A stretch of 64,000 bases of DNA from a virus, in IMG/VR virus record IMGVR_UViG_3300009103_000003, positions 96,001 to 160,000 of that record. The stretch is one strand, 5' to 3'. Within the stretch, counting starts at the first letter, position 1. Each line of letters starts with the position of its first letter. The position numbers were made by a program, and so were the translations under genes. Below, one piece after another: positions 1 to 9,151 of this stretch. The notes below the pieces were generated by a model. The model made no database searches and had not been told where the DNA came from. It worked only from the letters and a program-made list of their open reading frames with translations.

Positions 1-1
1 A

Positions 2-1438
2 ACAGAGAGCAATACTGGCTTCGGACACCAAACTTTTTTAAATGCTGGGATCTACAGACACCATAAAAACAAGGACATTAACCGGTCTTTAGGGCAAATT
101 TGTCACGCGGTGTATAACCCTGTGATGCATAGGGTGGAATTGATCTTAAAGATTTGCCGCGAAAAAGCAGAGTTAGAGGGGTCCGGAGATCTCGTAAGAA
201 GGCTGGACGCCGGTGAGAACCCAGCCGTGAGCATGGGATGTAGAGTCAAGTATGATGTCTGCTCCATTTGTGGTCACAAGTCTAAAACTAGGGCTGACTA
301 CTGCCACCATACGAAAACAATGATGGGGAAAGTGTTCCCAGATGGCAGAAAGGTTTTCGTGTATAACCCAAACCCCAAGTTCTTTGACTTGAGCTTTGTT
401 GTTATTGGTGCTGATAGAACTAGTTATGCGATGGCTAAGGTTGCCTCTATCCACGGTTCTTCATCTGCCTTGGCAGCAGAGGAAGCAGGCATTCGGGATG
501 GGAGCGCGGTCAATTTGCTAAAAGAGAAAATGGCCGCTAAGAATAAAATCTCTAATATGTTAAAAGAGGTTCCGGCCATGTCTGCTAGGGTTATGCCCCG
601 CGTCACTCAAAGCGAGCCAGACCTTTCTCGAAATGTTTTATCTAGGATGGCATGTTGCCCTGTGGCCAATGCGCTAACAACTTCCGCTTCCGCAGGTATT
701 GTGCTAAAGCCCCGCGAGTACCAGAGAATTATTCTGATTCGGATAGGGAAAAAACCGTTGGCAGACAGACTGGATAATGCTGGCTGCACATTTTCACCCT
801 CTAATGATGTAGACAGGAGTGTTAGGATAGGCGCACCTAACCAGTTTTCGTCATCTATTAGAGATATGCTTATGGACATTATTCCCAAGCGTAGTATGTT
901 CGATCCAGTTATTACGAAGAGGATCACGATTATTAGACGCCCAAGTACTTCCACAGACCAACTAAGTCCTAGTATTCTAGGTCTGCGTAAAGAAGGTAGT
1001 ATTGGAAGTATTGATATTAGTCCTGACGAAATGGAGCTTCTTAATAGAATCTCCGCAGGATACAATGGTTATCGCGAGCAGCTAATGGAGAAAATAGGAA
1101 CCATTGTTGCTCATATTACAAGTAATGATATAGGATTGCTCTCGACCATTAATGGTCAAAGACTGGAAGATGAATTCATGTTGGAACCACAACTAACAAA
1201 AACAGCTAAGCTGCCTTTAGCGTTGGTTGGTGTTCTTCCCATGGCTTATCTTTACGGTGCGCACGTAAAATCTAAAAGACGGCGTACCCATCAGTCCACA
1301 GGCCCACTTGATCGGTTTATCGAGAAACATCCAATCTTAGCCACTTCGGTGTTTGTAGGCCTTACCCGTTTGGGTATGAACCTAAAAACGTCTGGGGCGT
1401 TCAACAAGTCGTTGAACAACCTAGCGGCTAAGTTTTAG
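2..1438 (+). CDS. Prohead (capsid maturation) serine protease with Zn-finger insertion and long C-terminal extension; 5' end lies outside the window
   Basis: Frame is open from base 2 (TESNTGFGHQTFLNAGIYRHHKNKD...YNPVMHRVEL). Motifs H..NKD, VSMGC, CSICG..C.H and FFDLSFVVIGAD resemble caudoviral prohead proteases. Lies upstream of scaffold and capsid genes. Confidence 0.7.
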   Translation, partial: TESNTGFGHQTFLNAGIYRHHKNKDINRSLGQICHAVYNPVMHRVELILKICREKAELEGSGDLVRRLDAGENPAVSMGCRVKYDVCSICGHKSKTRADYCHHTKTMMGKVFPDGRKVFVYNPNPKFFDLSFVVIGADRTSYAMAKVASIHGSSSALAAEEAGIRDGSAVNLLKEKMAAKNKISNMLKEVPAMSARVMPRVTQSEPDLSRNVLSRMACCPVANALTTSASAGIVLKPREYQRIILIRIGKKPLADRLDNAGCTFSPSNDVDRSVRIGAPNQFSSSIRDMLMDIIPKRSMFDPVITKRITIIRRPSTSTDQLSPSILGLRKEGSIGSIDISPDEMELLNRISAGYNGYREQLMEKIGTIVAHITSNDIGLLSTINGQRLEDEFMLEPQLTKTAKLPLALVGVLPMAYLYGAHVKSKRRRTHQSTGPLDRFIEKHPILATSVFVGLTRLGMNLKTSGAFNKSLNNLAAKF

Positions 1439-1530
1439 TAGTCCGTGGGTATCTAGATGAATACATTTATCAAAGATGATGCTGGGACGCAGTTAAACCA
1501 AGAAACCGTTCTAATTCTAAGGAGAACAAA

Positions 1531-2139
1531 ATGAACGAACTGCTAGCACAAGCGTACGGTACCCAGGGAAACATTGACACCAATTCAGGCGTCGAGAAGA
1601 CCGCTGAGGCCGCTTTAATTGACGAACTCGAAAAGGTTGCACAGGCCGAAGGCATCGACCTTAATGAGTTCAGTGACGATGATATCCTCGAAATCCTTGG
1701 CGAAGCCATGGGTGGTGAGGGTGTCGAGAAAACCGCAGGCGTAGAAGCTGCGGGCGAAGATGAGGACACCCAGGTTAAGCTTGCAGAAGCTGACTTCCTT
1801 GGTCGAACCATGGCGCACGCTTTCTACGACGAACTTACCGGCATTCAGCATGGTGGCACCGAGAAGACCGCAAGTGGTCGTCCCAGTGACGCTTTCCTGA
1901 AGACCGCTTCTGACGAAGAAGCTGGAACCGTTGATCCTGAGTTTGCCCAAGCTTTCGAAGAAACCGCTATTGAGCGTGCCAACGAAATTCTTGAGTTCTT
2001 GGACACCGGCTCCGTTAAGCAGTCTTCGGCAGCAATTGATGACGAGCAGCTTGACGCTGACGTGACTGAGCGTGCGGGACAGCTTCTCGCTGAGGCTGGT
2101 TACGATGTTGATGCAATTGCCCAAGCGTTGCAGGGGTAA
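1531..2139 (+). CDS. Acidic head assembly/scaffold-like protein
   Basis: Good RBS (AAGGAG), very acidic, repeated EKTA/KLA/KTA motifs, head-module position. Confidence 0.55.
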   Translation: MNELLAQAYGTQGNIDTNSGVEKTAEAALIDELEKVAQAEGIDLNEFSDDDILEILGEAMGGEGVEKTAGVEAAGEDEDTQVKLAEADFLGRTMAHAFYDELTGIQHGGTEKTASGRPSDAFLKTASDEEAGTVDPEFAQAFEETAIERANEILEFLDTGSVKQSSAAIDDEQLDADVTERAGQLLAEAGYDVDAIAQALQG

Positions 2140-2142
2140 TTA

Positions 2143-2325
2143 ATGCAGGCCGATGCAGTCAAAAAACTAAAGAAGCATTTCCAGCTTAGTAATAAGGTTG
2201 GGAGATCGTCTTTAGAAAAAAGCTGGTCTTTCTTGAAAAAGAGACCTGCGGAGGCTGCACTCTTTACGATATTAGCTGCTAATATTATAAAGAGGCGTAA
2301 CGGTAAGGCCACTAAGCAAGTTTGA
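2143..2325 (+). CDS. Small basic hypothetical protein
   Basis: 60-aa ORF packed between head genes. Confidence 0.45.
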   Translation: MQADAVKKLKKHFQLSNKVGRSSLEKSWSFLKKRPAEAALFTILAANIIKRRNGKATKQV

Positions 2326-2330
2326 GTACA

Positions 2331-2358
2331 GGTCCCGTCCGGGCAACCGGGCGGGGCC
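2331..2358 (+). other. 12-bp GC-rich hairpin with GCAA tetraloop, no U-tract
   Basis: GGTCCCGTCCGG-GCAA-CCGGGCGGGGCC in the intergenic gap. Confidence 0.6.
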
Positions 2359-2380
2359 AGTCTCTCAACAGGAGGATTGG

Positions 2381-3232
2381 ATGTCTTCACTAAATAAACT
2401 GATTGAAAAACTTGCTGGGTCTAACTCATCTACCGTGGCCGAGACCGATGAATCTGCACCTATCGCGCAGAATGCTACTGATCCGGTGTATGTAGAGAAG
2501 TTAGCTTCAGCAGTAGATTTTATTGTTGATAATATTGATACAACTTTTACTGAAGAACTCAGTCAGAAAGACAAAGTATCAATTATTAAAGAGGCTATTG
2601 CCCGTGACCCGGTAACAGGGCGTTTTGTTTCTGATGGAAACCCGACTTTAACTGTTCCCGAGCAGGTGGCCGAAGAGGCCCCGCCAGAGGAGCCCGAAAG
2701 TAATGTCACAGACATTACTGGTAAGCTACGAGATCGACTAAGAGCACGAATTACCGCAAAACAAGAGGCGGTAGCTGAGGAAGATCAAAAAATGGAGGAC
2801 TCTAAGGAGGAGAAACAAGAACTCCTACAGAGTGTTCTAGGAAAACTTAAAGAGCTTAAATCTGATAAGTCCGATCAATCTGATGCGGATACCCCAGAGG
2901 ACAGCGAGAACTTCTATAGCGGTTCTTCTGACGACCCTGTGTCTGAGGAAGAAATTTTTAACGTCGGTTCAACCGCGACTGACGACACGGAGAATTCAAC
3001 GGACGATAATAGTGACGTTGACGGCGAGATGGCGGTAAAGGCAGCTTCGGCTGGCCAAAGTCTTGCTGAGGTGCTGAATGCAGCACTTAGCTCTGATGGA
3101 CAATTTGACGAGAGTGCCTCAACAGGTGCAGAGACCGGCGATGTTCACGGTAGCGAAGGGCCCATGGCTCGTAAACAAGCCACCGACAGCCTGAAAAGGA
3201 AGTTGTTGGCTAAGATTGGTAAGGAGGCATAA
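2381..3232 (+). CDS. Acidic low-complexity scaffold-like head protein
   Basis: RBS GGAGG; D/E-rich; EKLA and KAA motifs; position. Confidence 0.5.
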   Translation: MSSLNKLIEKLAGSNSSTVAETDESAPIAQNATDPVYVEKLASAVDFIVDNIDTTFTEELSQKDKVSIIKEAIARDPVTGRFVSDGNPTLTVPEQVAEEAPPEEPESNVTDITGKLRDRLRARITAKQEAVAEEDQKMEDSKEEKQELLQSVLGKLKELKSDKSDQSDADTPEDSENFYSGSSDDPVSEEEIFNVGSTATDDTENSTDDNSDVDGEMAVKAASAGQSLAEVLNAALSSDGQFDESASTGAETGDVHGSEGPMARKQATDSLKRKLLAKIGKEA

Positions 3233-3234
3233 TC

Positions 3235-3585
3235 ATGAGTTCAATTGATAAAAACTCAGCCCAGGAAGTCCTGAAGCAGGTCCCGCAAACTTTGCGGAAG
3301 CTTGTGGAGGAAAATACCAAACTTGCGTCTGCTCTTGAGGAGTACCGTAAGCGGGAAGAGGCGGAAGAAGTTGTGGCCATGATGGATGCTCGTGGTTTCT
3401 CGGATCGCACAGTTCCTTTAAAGACGAAGGTGGCAGCATTGCTGGCTTCTAAGAAGGATTTGAACGTGGTCAAGGAAGCTCTTGCTCTTTCCCCACCCGA
3501 TCTGTCGTTTGCATCTGTTTCCGATTTGCCCGGTGATGGTGCAGTGAGCGCTTTCGAGAACTTTCTTCTCGGAAGTAATGAGTAA
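3235..3585 (+). CDS. Helical scaffold-like protein
   Basis: Coiled-coil-like ORF two genes upstream of the capsid gene. Confidence 0.5.
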   Translation: MSSIDKNSAQEVLKQVPQTLRKLVEENTKLASALEEYRKREEAEEVVAMMDARGFSDRTVPLKTKVAALLASKKDLNVVKEALALSPPDLSFASVSDLPGDGAVSAFENFLLGSNE

Positions 3586-3611
3586 ACGTTAACTAACTAA
3601 GGAGAACTAAA

Positions 3612-4196
3612 ATGGCTGCTGGAGCTTTTAGTGCCACCCGACGTAGGAACGTGAGCCCAATTTCGTCTACTTTAAGTGTTCAAACACGTGATGTGGATTG
3701 TTCTGGACTCGCGGCTGCTCCCGAGGATGGTGAATTTGTAACCCAGGACGGTGATAGTCCGACCGGCGTAGCGTTTCATGGCGCTAACAATGCTGCGATT
3801 ACCGCCGCCGATACTCAGGGATCTTCCCTGGCTATGGTGTGGGGTTCCGCACAACGGTCTGATCGTCAGGCCCTGGGTGATACTCGCGTAGCTGTGCTCG
3901 CGCATGGTGGAATCGATATCGATTGTATGCTTTACATCGCACCCGATAACACTCAGGCGTTGAACAACGCTGCTAACTACCCACTTGGCACGTTAGTGTC
4001 TGTCGCAGAAAATACCGCAATGGCTGTCGAAGGCAACGCCTCTCGACTGCTTCTTACCCCGATTGCCGATGGCACGTCTGGGTGGGCGGTAGGTTATGTG
4101 ACTCGTACTTCTGCCCAACTACCCGCTGCTGATCGAGCTATCGGTGTCTATCTTTATGATAAGCCCCGCAAGGTCGATGGCGCTGGTGCACCCTAG
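3612..4196 (+). CDS. Putative capsid decoration/cement protein
   Basis: RBS AAGGAG; A/G/T-rich 194-aa ORF directly before the major capsid gene. Confidence 0.5.
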   Translation: MAAGAFSATRRRNVSPISSTLSVQTRDVDCSGLAAAPEDGEFVTQDGDSPTGVAFHGANNAAITAADTQGSSLAMVWGSAQRSDRQALGDTRVAVLAHGGIDIDCMLYIAPDNTQALNNAANYPLGTLVSVAENTAMAVEGNASRLLLTPIADGTSGWAVGYVTRTSAQLPAADRAIGVYLYDKPRKVDGAGAP

Positions 4197-4214
4197 CCTT
4201 AAAGGAGGATAATC

Positions 4215-5420
4215 ATGTCTAGCGTACCTAGCGAAGTCCTCAACGAGCTTTTTGTCTCTAAGCTCGATACTGAGGCCGGAAAAGAAAAGATTGCTGCTCT
4301 TGGCGGTGATTTTATTAGAGACCGTCTGCGTGAGGAGAGCTTTGCTCGCAAGGTCCTCCCCCCGAAGACCGTCAGTCGTTCGGACCTCCAGGTCAGCGTC
4401 AATCACGATACCCTCGTGAAGGTCGTTGAAGTGGAGCCACAAAGCCGAGCCATGAGTATGTCATTCCGGGCACAGCCCACGGTGAGATACTACACTGGTC
4501 CGCGCTTTGAGGTACCGTTTCATACGGTTGGTTCGCAGCGTTATGAGCAAACTGAGCAGGAGCTTATGGCCTACGTGATGCCAATCACGGAGATCATCAA
4601 GCGTAACATTGTTAACGATATCCAAGAGATTGAGGACCGCGTGTTCTTGACTCACATGGAATCGGCCTGCCAGTCGTTACAGCAAGATGCACAGGGCCTC
4701 GCGTTCGGTGCTGCATACAACAACAGTGGTGCAACTGTTTTCTCGGCACGTAATGTGCTCGTGAACGGCATCCCTGAAGTTGGTAAGGTCAAAGGCGTAG
4801 ATGCCGCTGCCCTTACGGTTGCTGCAAACGATGTTGCTGGCGCTGACGAAGCCCTCGTCTTCCCTGTTCAGAAGGATGACTTTATTAAGTTGTTCCAGAC
4901 GTTCACAGGCGGCGGTGCTCGTGGCTCTCGACTGCGGTGTGATCAGTTCCTCATGACTGACACTGACTTCGAGGACCTGAATGCTTGGGCACATGCGGAT
5001 ATGGGAGATAAGATTGTTGGCGAGACTACTGTCGATGGATACAAGTACAAAACGGTTATTGGCCGTAAGTTCATTCGTACCCTGAAGACGGACATTCTTC
5101 GTCCTGGCAATATTTATGCTTTCACCGCACCCGAGTATTTGGGTGGCTTCCTTGTTCTCAACAAGACTAAGTTCTACGCCGATAAGGAACGGAACCGAAT
5201 CTCGTTTGAGGCTTGGGAAGACATTGGTATGTATGTCGGAAACGTGGCTGGTGTTCGTAAGCTTGAGCTTTACACTGGTTCCGTCGAGACTATTGCCGGT
5301 GGTGGTGCAACTAACGCGGTGACGCGTGCTGCACGTCTTCCTGTTGCGGAAGCTGACATGGGCGGGCGTAACCACCTCGTTAACGAGGGGCAAACGTTCC
5401 CTGCTGTAGCGCAGTTCTAG
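4215..5420 (+). CDS. Major capsid protein (HK97-fold expected)
   Basis: 401 aa, strong RBS AAGGAGG, follows protease/scaffold genes, followed by a strong terminator-like hairpin. Confidence 0.75.
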   Translation: MSSVPSEVLNELFVSKLDTEAGKEKIAALGGDFIRDRLREESFARKVLPPKTVSRSDLQVSVNHDTLVKVVEVEPQSRAMSMSFRAQPTVRYYTGPRFEVPFHTVGSQRYEQTEQELMAYVMPITEIIKRNIVNDIQEIEDRVFLTHMESACQSLQQDAQGLAFGAAYNNSGATVFSARNVLVNGIPEVGKVKGVDAAALTVAANDVAGADEALVFPVQKDDFIKLFQTFTGGGARGSRLRCDQFLMTDTDFEDLNAWAHADMGDKIVGETTVDGYKYKTVIGRKFIRTLKTDILRPGNIYAFTAPEYLGGFLVLNKTKFYADKERNRISFEAWEDIGMYVGNVAGVRKLELYTGSVETIAGGGATNAVTRAARLPVAEADMGGRNHLVNEGQTFPAVAQF

Positions 5421-5433
5421 GCTACTTTGGTGG

Positions 5434-5479
5434 GTGCCCCCTGGCTTCGGCTGGGGGGCACTTCACCTCATATTTTTTT
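5434..5479 (+). terminator. Terminator-like hairpin after the major capsid gene
   Basis: GTGCCCCCTGGC-TTCG-GCTGGGGGGCAC (12 bp, UUCG loop), then a T-rich tract. Confidence 0.7.
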
Positions 5480-5496
5480 ATTATTGGAGATAGGCG

Positions 5497-6027
5497 ATGC
5501 CATACAAAGTTACAAATCTGGTTAATTCCCGTAGAGACCCCAATAAGCGGAATCGGGGAAGAAGAGGCCCGGATATTAGACGAGCAGCAGTTCGGTTTAA
5601 GATCGGGGGGCGACGCCTACAAATCGGCAAGTCCATTATTATTAATGATAGCTTCTACGCCGCACACAAAAGTGTCATCGACACCTACGCCCTAGAGGGC
5701 CTTATCGCATTGCAGGCAACGGGGGGGACTGCTGAAGTCGAGTCTCAGATTCCTTTACATGCCCCTTCCCCAGAGCCGCCCGTGCCTACATCCCCACCCG
5801 AGGACTCCAAGGACACCGGAGGCCCCATCGTAATTGAGATGGCCCCGGAAAGTGACGAGTCGGATGAAGGCGCGGTTATATTGGAAGCGGCTCCCGAAGA
5901 GGCCCCAGAAGAGGCCCCGGAAAAGCCAGCCAAGAAGAAAGCTAGCTCTAAGAAGACTGAGGAAAAGAAGGAGGAGCCCAAGAAGCGCTCTTCCCGACGA
6001 AGCCGCAGAAAGTCTGAGGATGAATAA
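5497..6027 (+). CDS. Hypothetical virion-module protein with P/E/K-rich tail
   Basis: ORF with RBS; its stop overlaps the next start. Confidence 0.55.
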   Translation: MPYKVTNLVNSRRDPNKRNRGRRGPDIRRAAVRFKIGGRRLQIGKSIIINDSFYAAHKSVIDTYALEGLIALQATGGTAEVESQIPLHAPSPEPPVPTSPPEDSKDTGGPIVIEMAPESDESDEGAVILEAAPEEAPEEAPEKPAKKKASSKKTEEKKEEPKKRSSRRSRRKSEDE

Positions 6028-6446
6028 TGTATATCCGCTGCCTCACTAGATCTTTTAGGCTAGGAGATAAACGTCTTCGCGTTGGGGATTCTTGCGAGGT
6101 TTCAGAAGAAGTACTTGCTTCACTGAAAACCCTTGTGGACTTAGGGATTATCTCTGTCCACACAAAGGACCCTGAAGGAAACCGTAAGCGTCGAAAGGCG
6201 CATAAATCAGCATCAACAGTACCCGAGCCTGTGAGGGCGCGAACCGAAGATGGTCAATTTGTTCCAGATGACCCAGAGACGAAAGATGTTGATGAGGCAT
6301 GGGAAGGCGGAAAAGCTCCGGTCTCCACATCCGGGTTAAAGAAAAGTGAGCTTGTATCATTAGCTGATAATATGGGAATCTCTCTTACAGGTAGCGAGAC
6401 AAAGGCAGTTCTTATCGAGAAAATCGAAGAGGCCGGGGGAGAGTAA
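6027..6446 (+). CDS. Hypothetical protein with C-terminal Rho_N/HeH-like helical motif
   Basis: C-terminus LKKSELVSLADNMGISLTGSETKAVLIEKI. Confidence 0.55.
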   Translation: MYIRCLTRSFRLGDKRLRVGDSCEVSEEVLASLKTLVDLGIISVHTKDPEGNRKRRKAHKSASTVPEPVRARTEDGQFVPDDPETKDVDEAWEGGKAPVSTSGLKKSELVSLADNMGISLTGSETKAVLIEKIEEAGGE

Positions 6447-6449
6447 GAA

Positions 6450-6989
6450 GTGGCGAATGACCCAAAAGATCCAAACAGCAATATTACGGGTCCGGAAAAG
6501 ACGGTGTCCGAGGGTCTGCCTAAGGAGCTTCTTAATACTATCTCGCTTATCCGCGCCAAGATGCGCGACTTTCCTGAGCTTAATCGACTAATTGAGGGCC
6601 GAGAGACCTCCGACAGGGAGATCGCATTTGCGATAATGGAGTGCATAGACGACTTCAATATGACTCCCCCTCTTTTAGGTACTTTTACTGTGGCCAATTT
6701 TCCGTCAATATCATTGTTAATAAACGGCTCAATCATTAATATTATTACCTCCGTTGGGCTATTACAGACTAGGAATCATATGTCCTATTCAGACGGCCAA
6801 GGAGTGCAGGTAAGTGTTTCCGATAAGGGGCCCCAATTAATGAACTGGATGAATCTCTTCACACAAACTTATGAGCAAAAGAAGTTTCGTCTGAAGCAGG
6901 CTATTAACCTTGGCGAGGCTTTGAATGGCTCCGCTGTTTCCTCTGAATACGCGCTCGTCAACGGGTACTTTTCTCAGTTGGATTCTTAG
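6450..6989 (+). CDS. Putative head completion/head-tail adaptor
   Basis: 179-aa helical ORF in the neck position after the capsid gene. Confidence 0.5.
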   Translation: MANDPKDPNSNITGPEKTVSEGLPKELLNTISLIRAKMRDFPELNRLIEGRETSDREIAFAIMECIDDFNMTPPLLGTFTVANFPSISLLINGSIINIITSVGLLQTRNHMSYSDGQGVQVSVSDKGPQLMNWMNLFTQTYEQKKFRLKQAINLGEALNGSAVSSEYALVNGYFSQLDS

Positions 6990-6998
6990 GAGATAACG

Positions 6999-7418
6999 AT
7001 GCCAACTATTCCTAACAAACAAAGAGTATCGGTCACTGTTACCGCTCCGGGTAACGACACGACTGATGTTGTAGTCCCCAACTCACAGCATTATACGAAG
7101 TTTGCTATTTCTATCCCGTCTGTAGCCCCCAACTGTACTATCTCAGTTGTTGCAGCAATTCCTGGGACAAACGCAGACATTAACAACGGGGCGGTAGTGG
7201 ACGAAACGGCTCTCCCAATAGTGCGCCAGGGAATTAGCTCCGGGAACGCCTCGGAGATTTTGTTTGATCTTGCGGAATCCCAGACAAACATTTTCGATAC
7301 ACTGGTCCCGTTTCCGGGAGGGATTGCGCTCCGATTTGTAAATCCAAATGGTGGCGCAACCGCATCAATGTCTATTGGCGTCATGATGTATGACTCCGCA
7401 TTTAGTGCGAGACTGTAG
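6999..7418 (+). CDS. Putative virion structural protein (beta-rich)
   Basis: RBS GGAG; position in the morphogenesis operon. Confidence 0.45.
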   Translation: MPTIPNKQRVSVTVTAPGNDTTDVVVPNSQHYTKFAISIPSVAPNCTISVVAAIPGTNADINNGAVVDETALPIVRQGISSGNASEILFDLAESQTNIFDTLVPFPGGIALRFVNPNGGATASMSIGVMMYDSAFSARL

Positions 7419-7427
7419 GAGGCTTTG

Positions 7428-8630
7428 ATGGACCCGTTTGAAAAGTTACTACAGCAAGAAACAGACACGGATGAAAAGTTCGCTGCTGCCGCAGACTTCT
7501 TCACTGAGTTGAAGACGGCTGGCGTGAAGGTCCGACACAACGCCCAAAACAAGCAGCAGTCGAAGAAGGTTCGCTCGGAGTCCCGAGATAAAATTAGGCA
7601 GCTACTAGCGAGCCAGAAAGCTACTTCGGTAAAACTTCCCGTTCAGAAAGCACCTGCTTCCGCTAAGGCCGTAAAGCCTGTATCCCTCTCTGGTCAGGCA
7701 AGAACACCAGTTCGGGCTCCCTCAAAGAGCAAGGGCTACAAAGAAGTTTCTGTAAAAGACCAAAAGGTTCCGGACAAGAAGATTGCGGTACTCCCCGCTC
7801 TGAAGAAGAAGGTGAAGACCTCCTCCGTAACAAAGTCTGATCAAGCCGCTATTCTCACCAATGCCCTACTAGAAAAACAGGCGTTCTACCCATTCAGCGC
7901 AGCCGCTAGAGCCGCTAAGGGTGCTGTTGGTGCGGGGACCAAGGCACACGCTGTTGGCTCTGCTGCCGCAGAGGGAGCAAAGCTCGGACTCAAGCCCCAG
8001 GCATCTCGGTGGAGTCAAATAGGCGAAGCATTGAAAGGCGCGGGAAGCAAGATTGTCCCACAGCCCGTAAAAGACGTTGGTGGGGCTATTGCTAGGAAAT
8101 ACCGATCTGGCGCTACTAAATGGCAAAACTTTTGGGACCCAGGTTTAGCGGGAGCCCGGAAGCAGGGCCAAGGATATATTGACGATTTTATTGCTCAGCA
8201 GGGTTCTAGGGCCGCAGCAGCCAAGAAAAGTCCTGAAGCGCTCAAGGCTTGGGATGATGCTATGGCGGTGGCTGAGGGCAAACGGAACACTCTTGTTAAG
8301 GCCTTTGAAAAATCAAGAAGTATGAATCGAACTACAGGTCTTGGAAGCACGGCTTCTGAGATCATGACCGCAGTAAAAGGCGCAGACGGAAAGATCTCCC
8401 CCTCTAGCATATATAAGGGTCTGGAGAATCTCGGGCTTACTAGCCCGGAACAACTATTGGGTATGGGCATGGGTGCTGCTGGAGCCATTAAGGCTACACG
8501 CGCTTCTCGTGCCGCAGCAAAAGCACACAATCGGAATATGCTTATCGGTGGTGGTGCCGCTGGCCTTGGTGCATTAGCACTACTTAAGGGAAGAAAAAAC
8601 AGCGGTGACGCACAAGTCGTTATCCGGTAA
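7428..8630 (+). CDS. Basic putative internal head/ejection protein with Gly-rich hydrophobic C-terminus
   Basis: K/A-rich; KTAG, KTSS and EKQA motifs; C-terminal LIGGGAAGLGALALL. Confidence 0.45.
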   Translation: MDPFEKLLQQETDTDEKFAAAADFFTELKTAGVKVRHNAQNKQQSKKVRSESRDKIRQLLASQKATSVKLPVQKAPASAKAVKPVSLSGQARTPVRAPSKSKGYKEVSVKDQKVPDKKIAVLPALKKKVKTSSVTKSDQAAILTNALLEKQAFYPFSAAARAAKGAVGAGTKAHAVGSAAAEGAKLGLKPQASRWSQIGEALKGAGSKIVPQPVKDVGGAIARKYRSGATKWQNFWDPGLAGARKQGQGYIDDFIAQQGSRAAAAKKSPEALKAWDDAMAVAEGKRNTLVKAFEKSRSMNRTTGLGSTASEIMTAVKGADGKISPSSIYKGLENLGLTSPEQLLGMGMGAAGAIKATRASRAAAKAHNRNMLIGGGAAGLGALALLKGRKNSGDAQVVIR

Positions 8631-8641
8631 TAGGGGTTATA

Positions 8642-9151
8642 ATGAACGCACTAGAAAAATATGCAGCCAAGAAAAAGCTTACCGAAAAGCTTGTTGAATT
8701 CATCGGAAAGGTTGGACCAAAACATAAGTCCGATGCCGCTGAACGTTTAGCGAAAGCTCAGAAGGCTGCGAAGAATCGACCTAAGGCCAACAAAGGCACT
8801 ACTTCGCAGAAGAAAAGAAAGAAGAAGATTATCGCTGGCCAGAACGAACGCGTAGAAAGCGCCAAGGCTGGTGTGAGTCAAGCAGCCAAAGATTCGTCTC
8901 GCGCACGTAAGCAGGTAGCTGGCGGGTTTGCTGGCTTGGCTGGTTTAGCTGGGCTAGGACTCGGAGCAAAAGCTCTCGGTAAGCGTTCTGCTGGAAAGAC
9001 AGCCATCAAAGGAACTCAGTCCGCTGCTAAGCGACTTGGGGACATGGCGCGTAAACACAAGAAGCCCCTCGCAGTTGGGGGTGGAGTCACAGGCGGTGCT
9101 GTAGCACTTAATCAAATTCTTAAGGATAAGAAGAGCAAGAAGGCGGCTTAA
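8642..9151 (+). CDS. Basic putative internal head protein with two Gly-zipper-like segments
   Basis: Starts MNALEKYAA; contains GGFAGLAGLAGLGLG and VGGGVTGGAVAL. Confidence 0.45.
   Translation: MNALEKYAAKKKLTEKLVEFIGKVGPKHKSDAAERLAKAQKAAKNRPKANKGTTSQKKRKKKIIAGQNERVESAKAGVSQAAKDSSRARKQVAGGFAGLAGLAGLGLGAKALGKRSAGKTAIKGTQSAAKRLGDMARKHKKPLAVGGGVTGGAVALNQILKDKKSKKAA

Noticed and set aside
4677-5393. Long antisense ORFs in the track (for example 4677-5393, 1615-2124, 62094-62654)
   Set aside because: They shadow well-supported genes on the opposite strand, lack RBSs and motifs, and are expected from codon bias.
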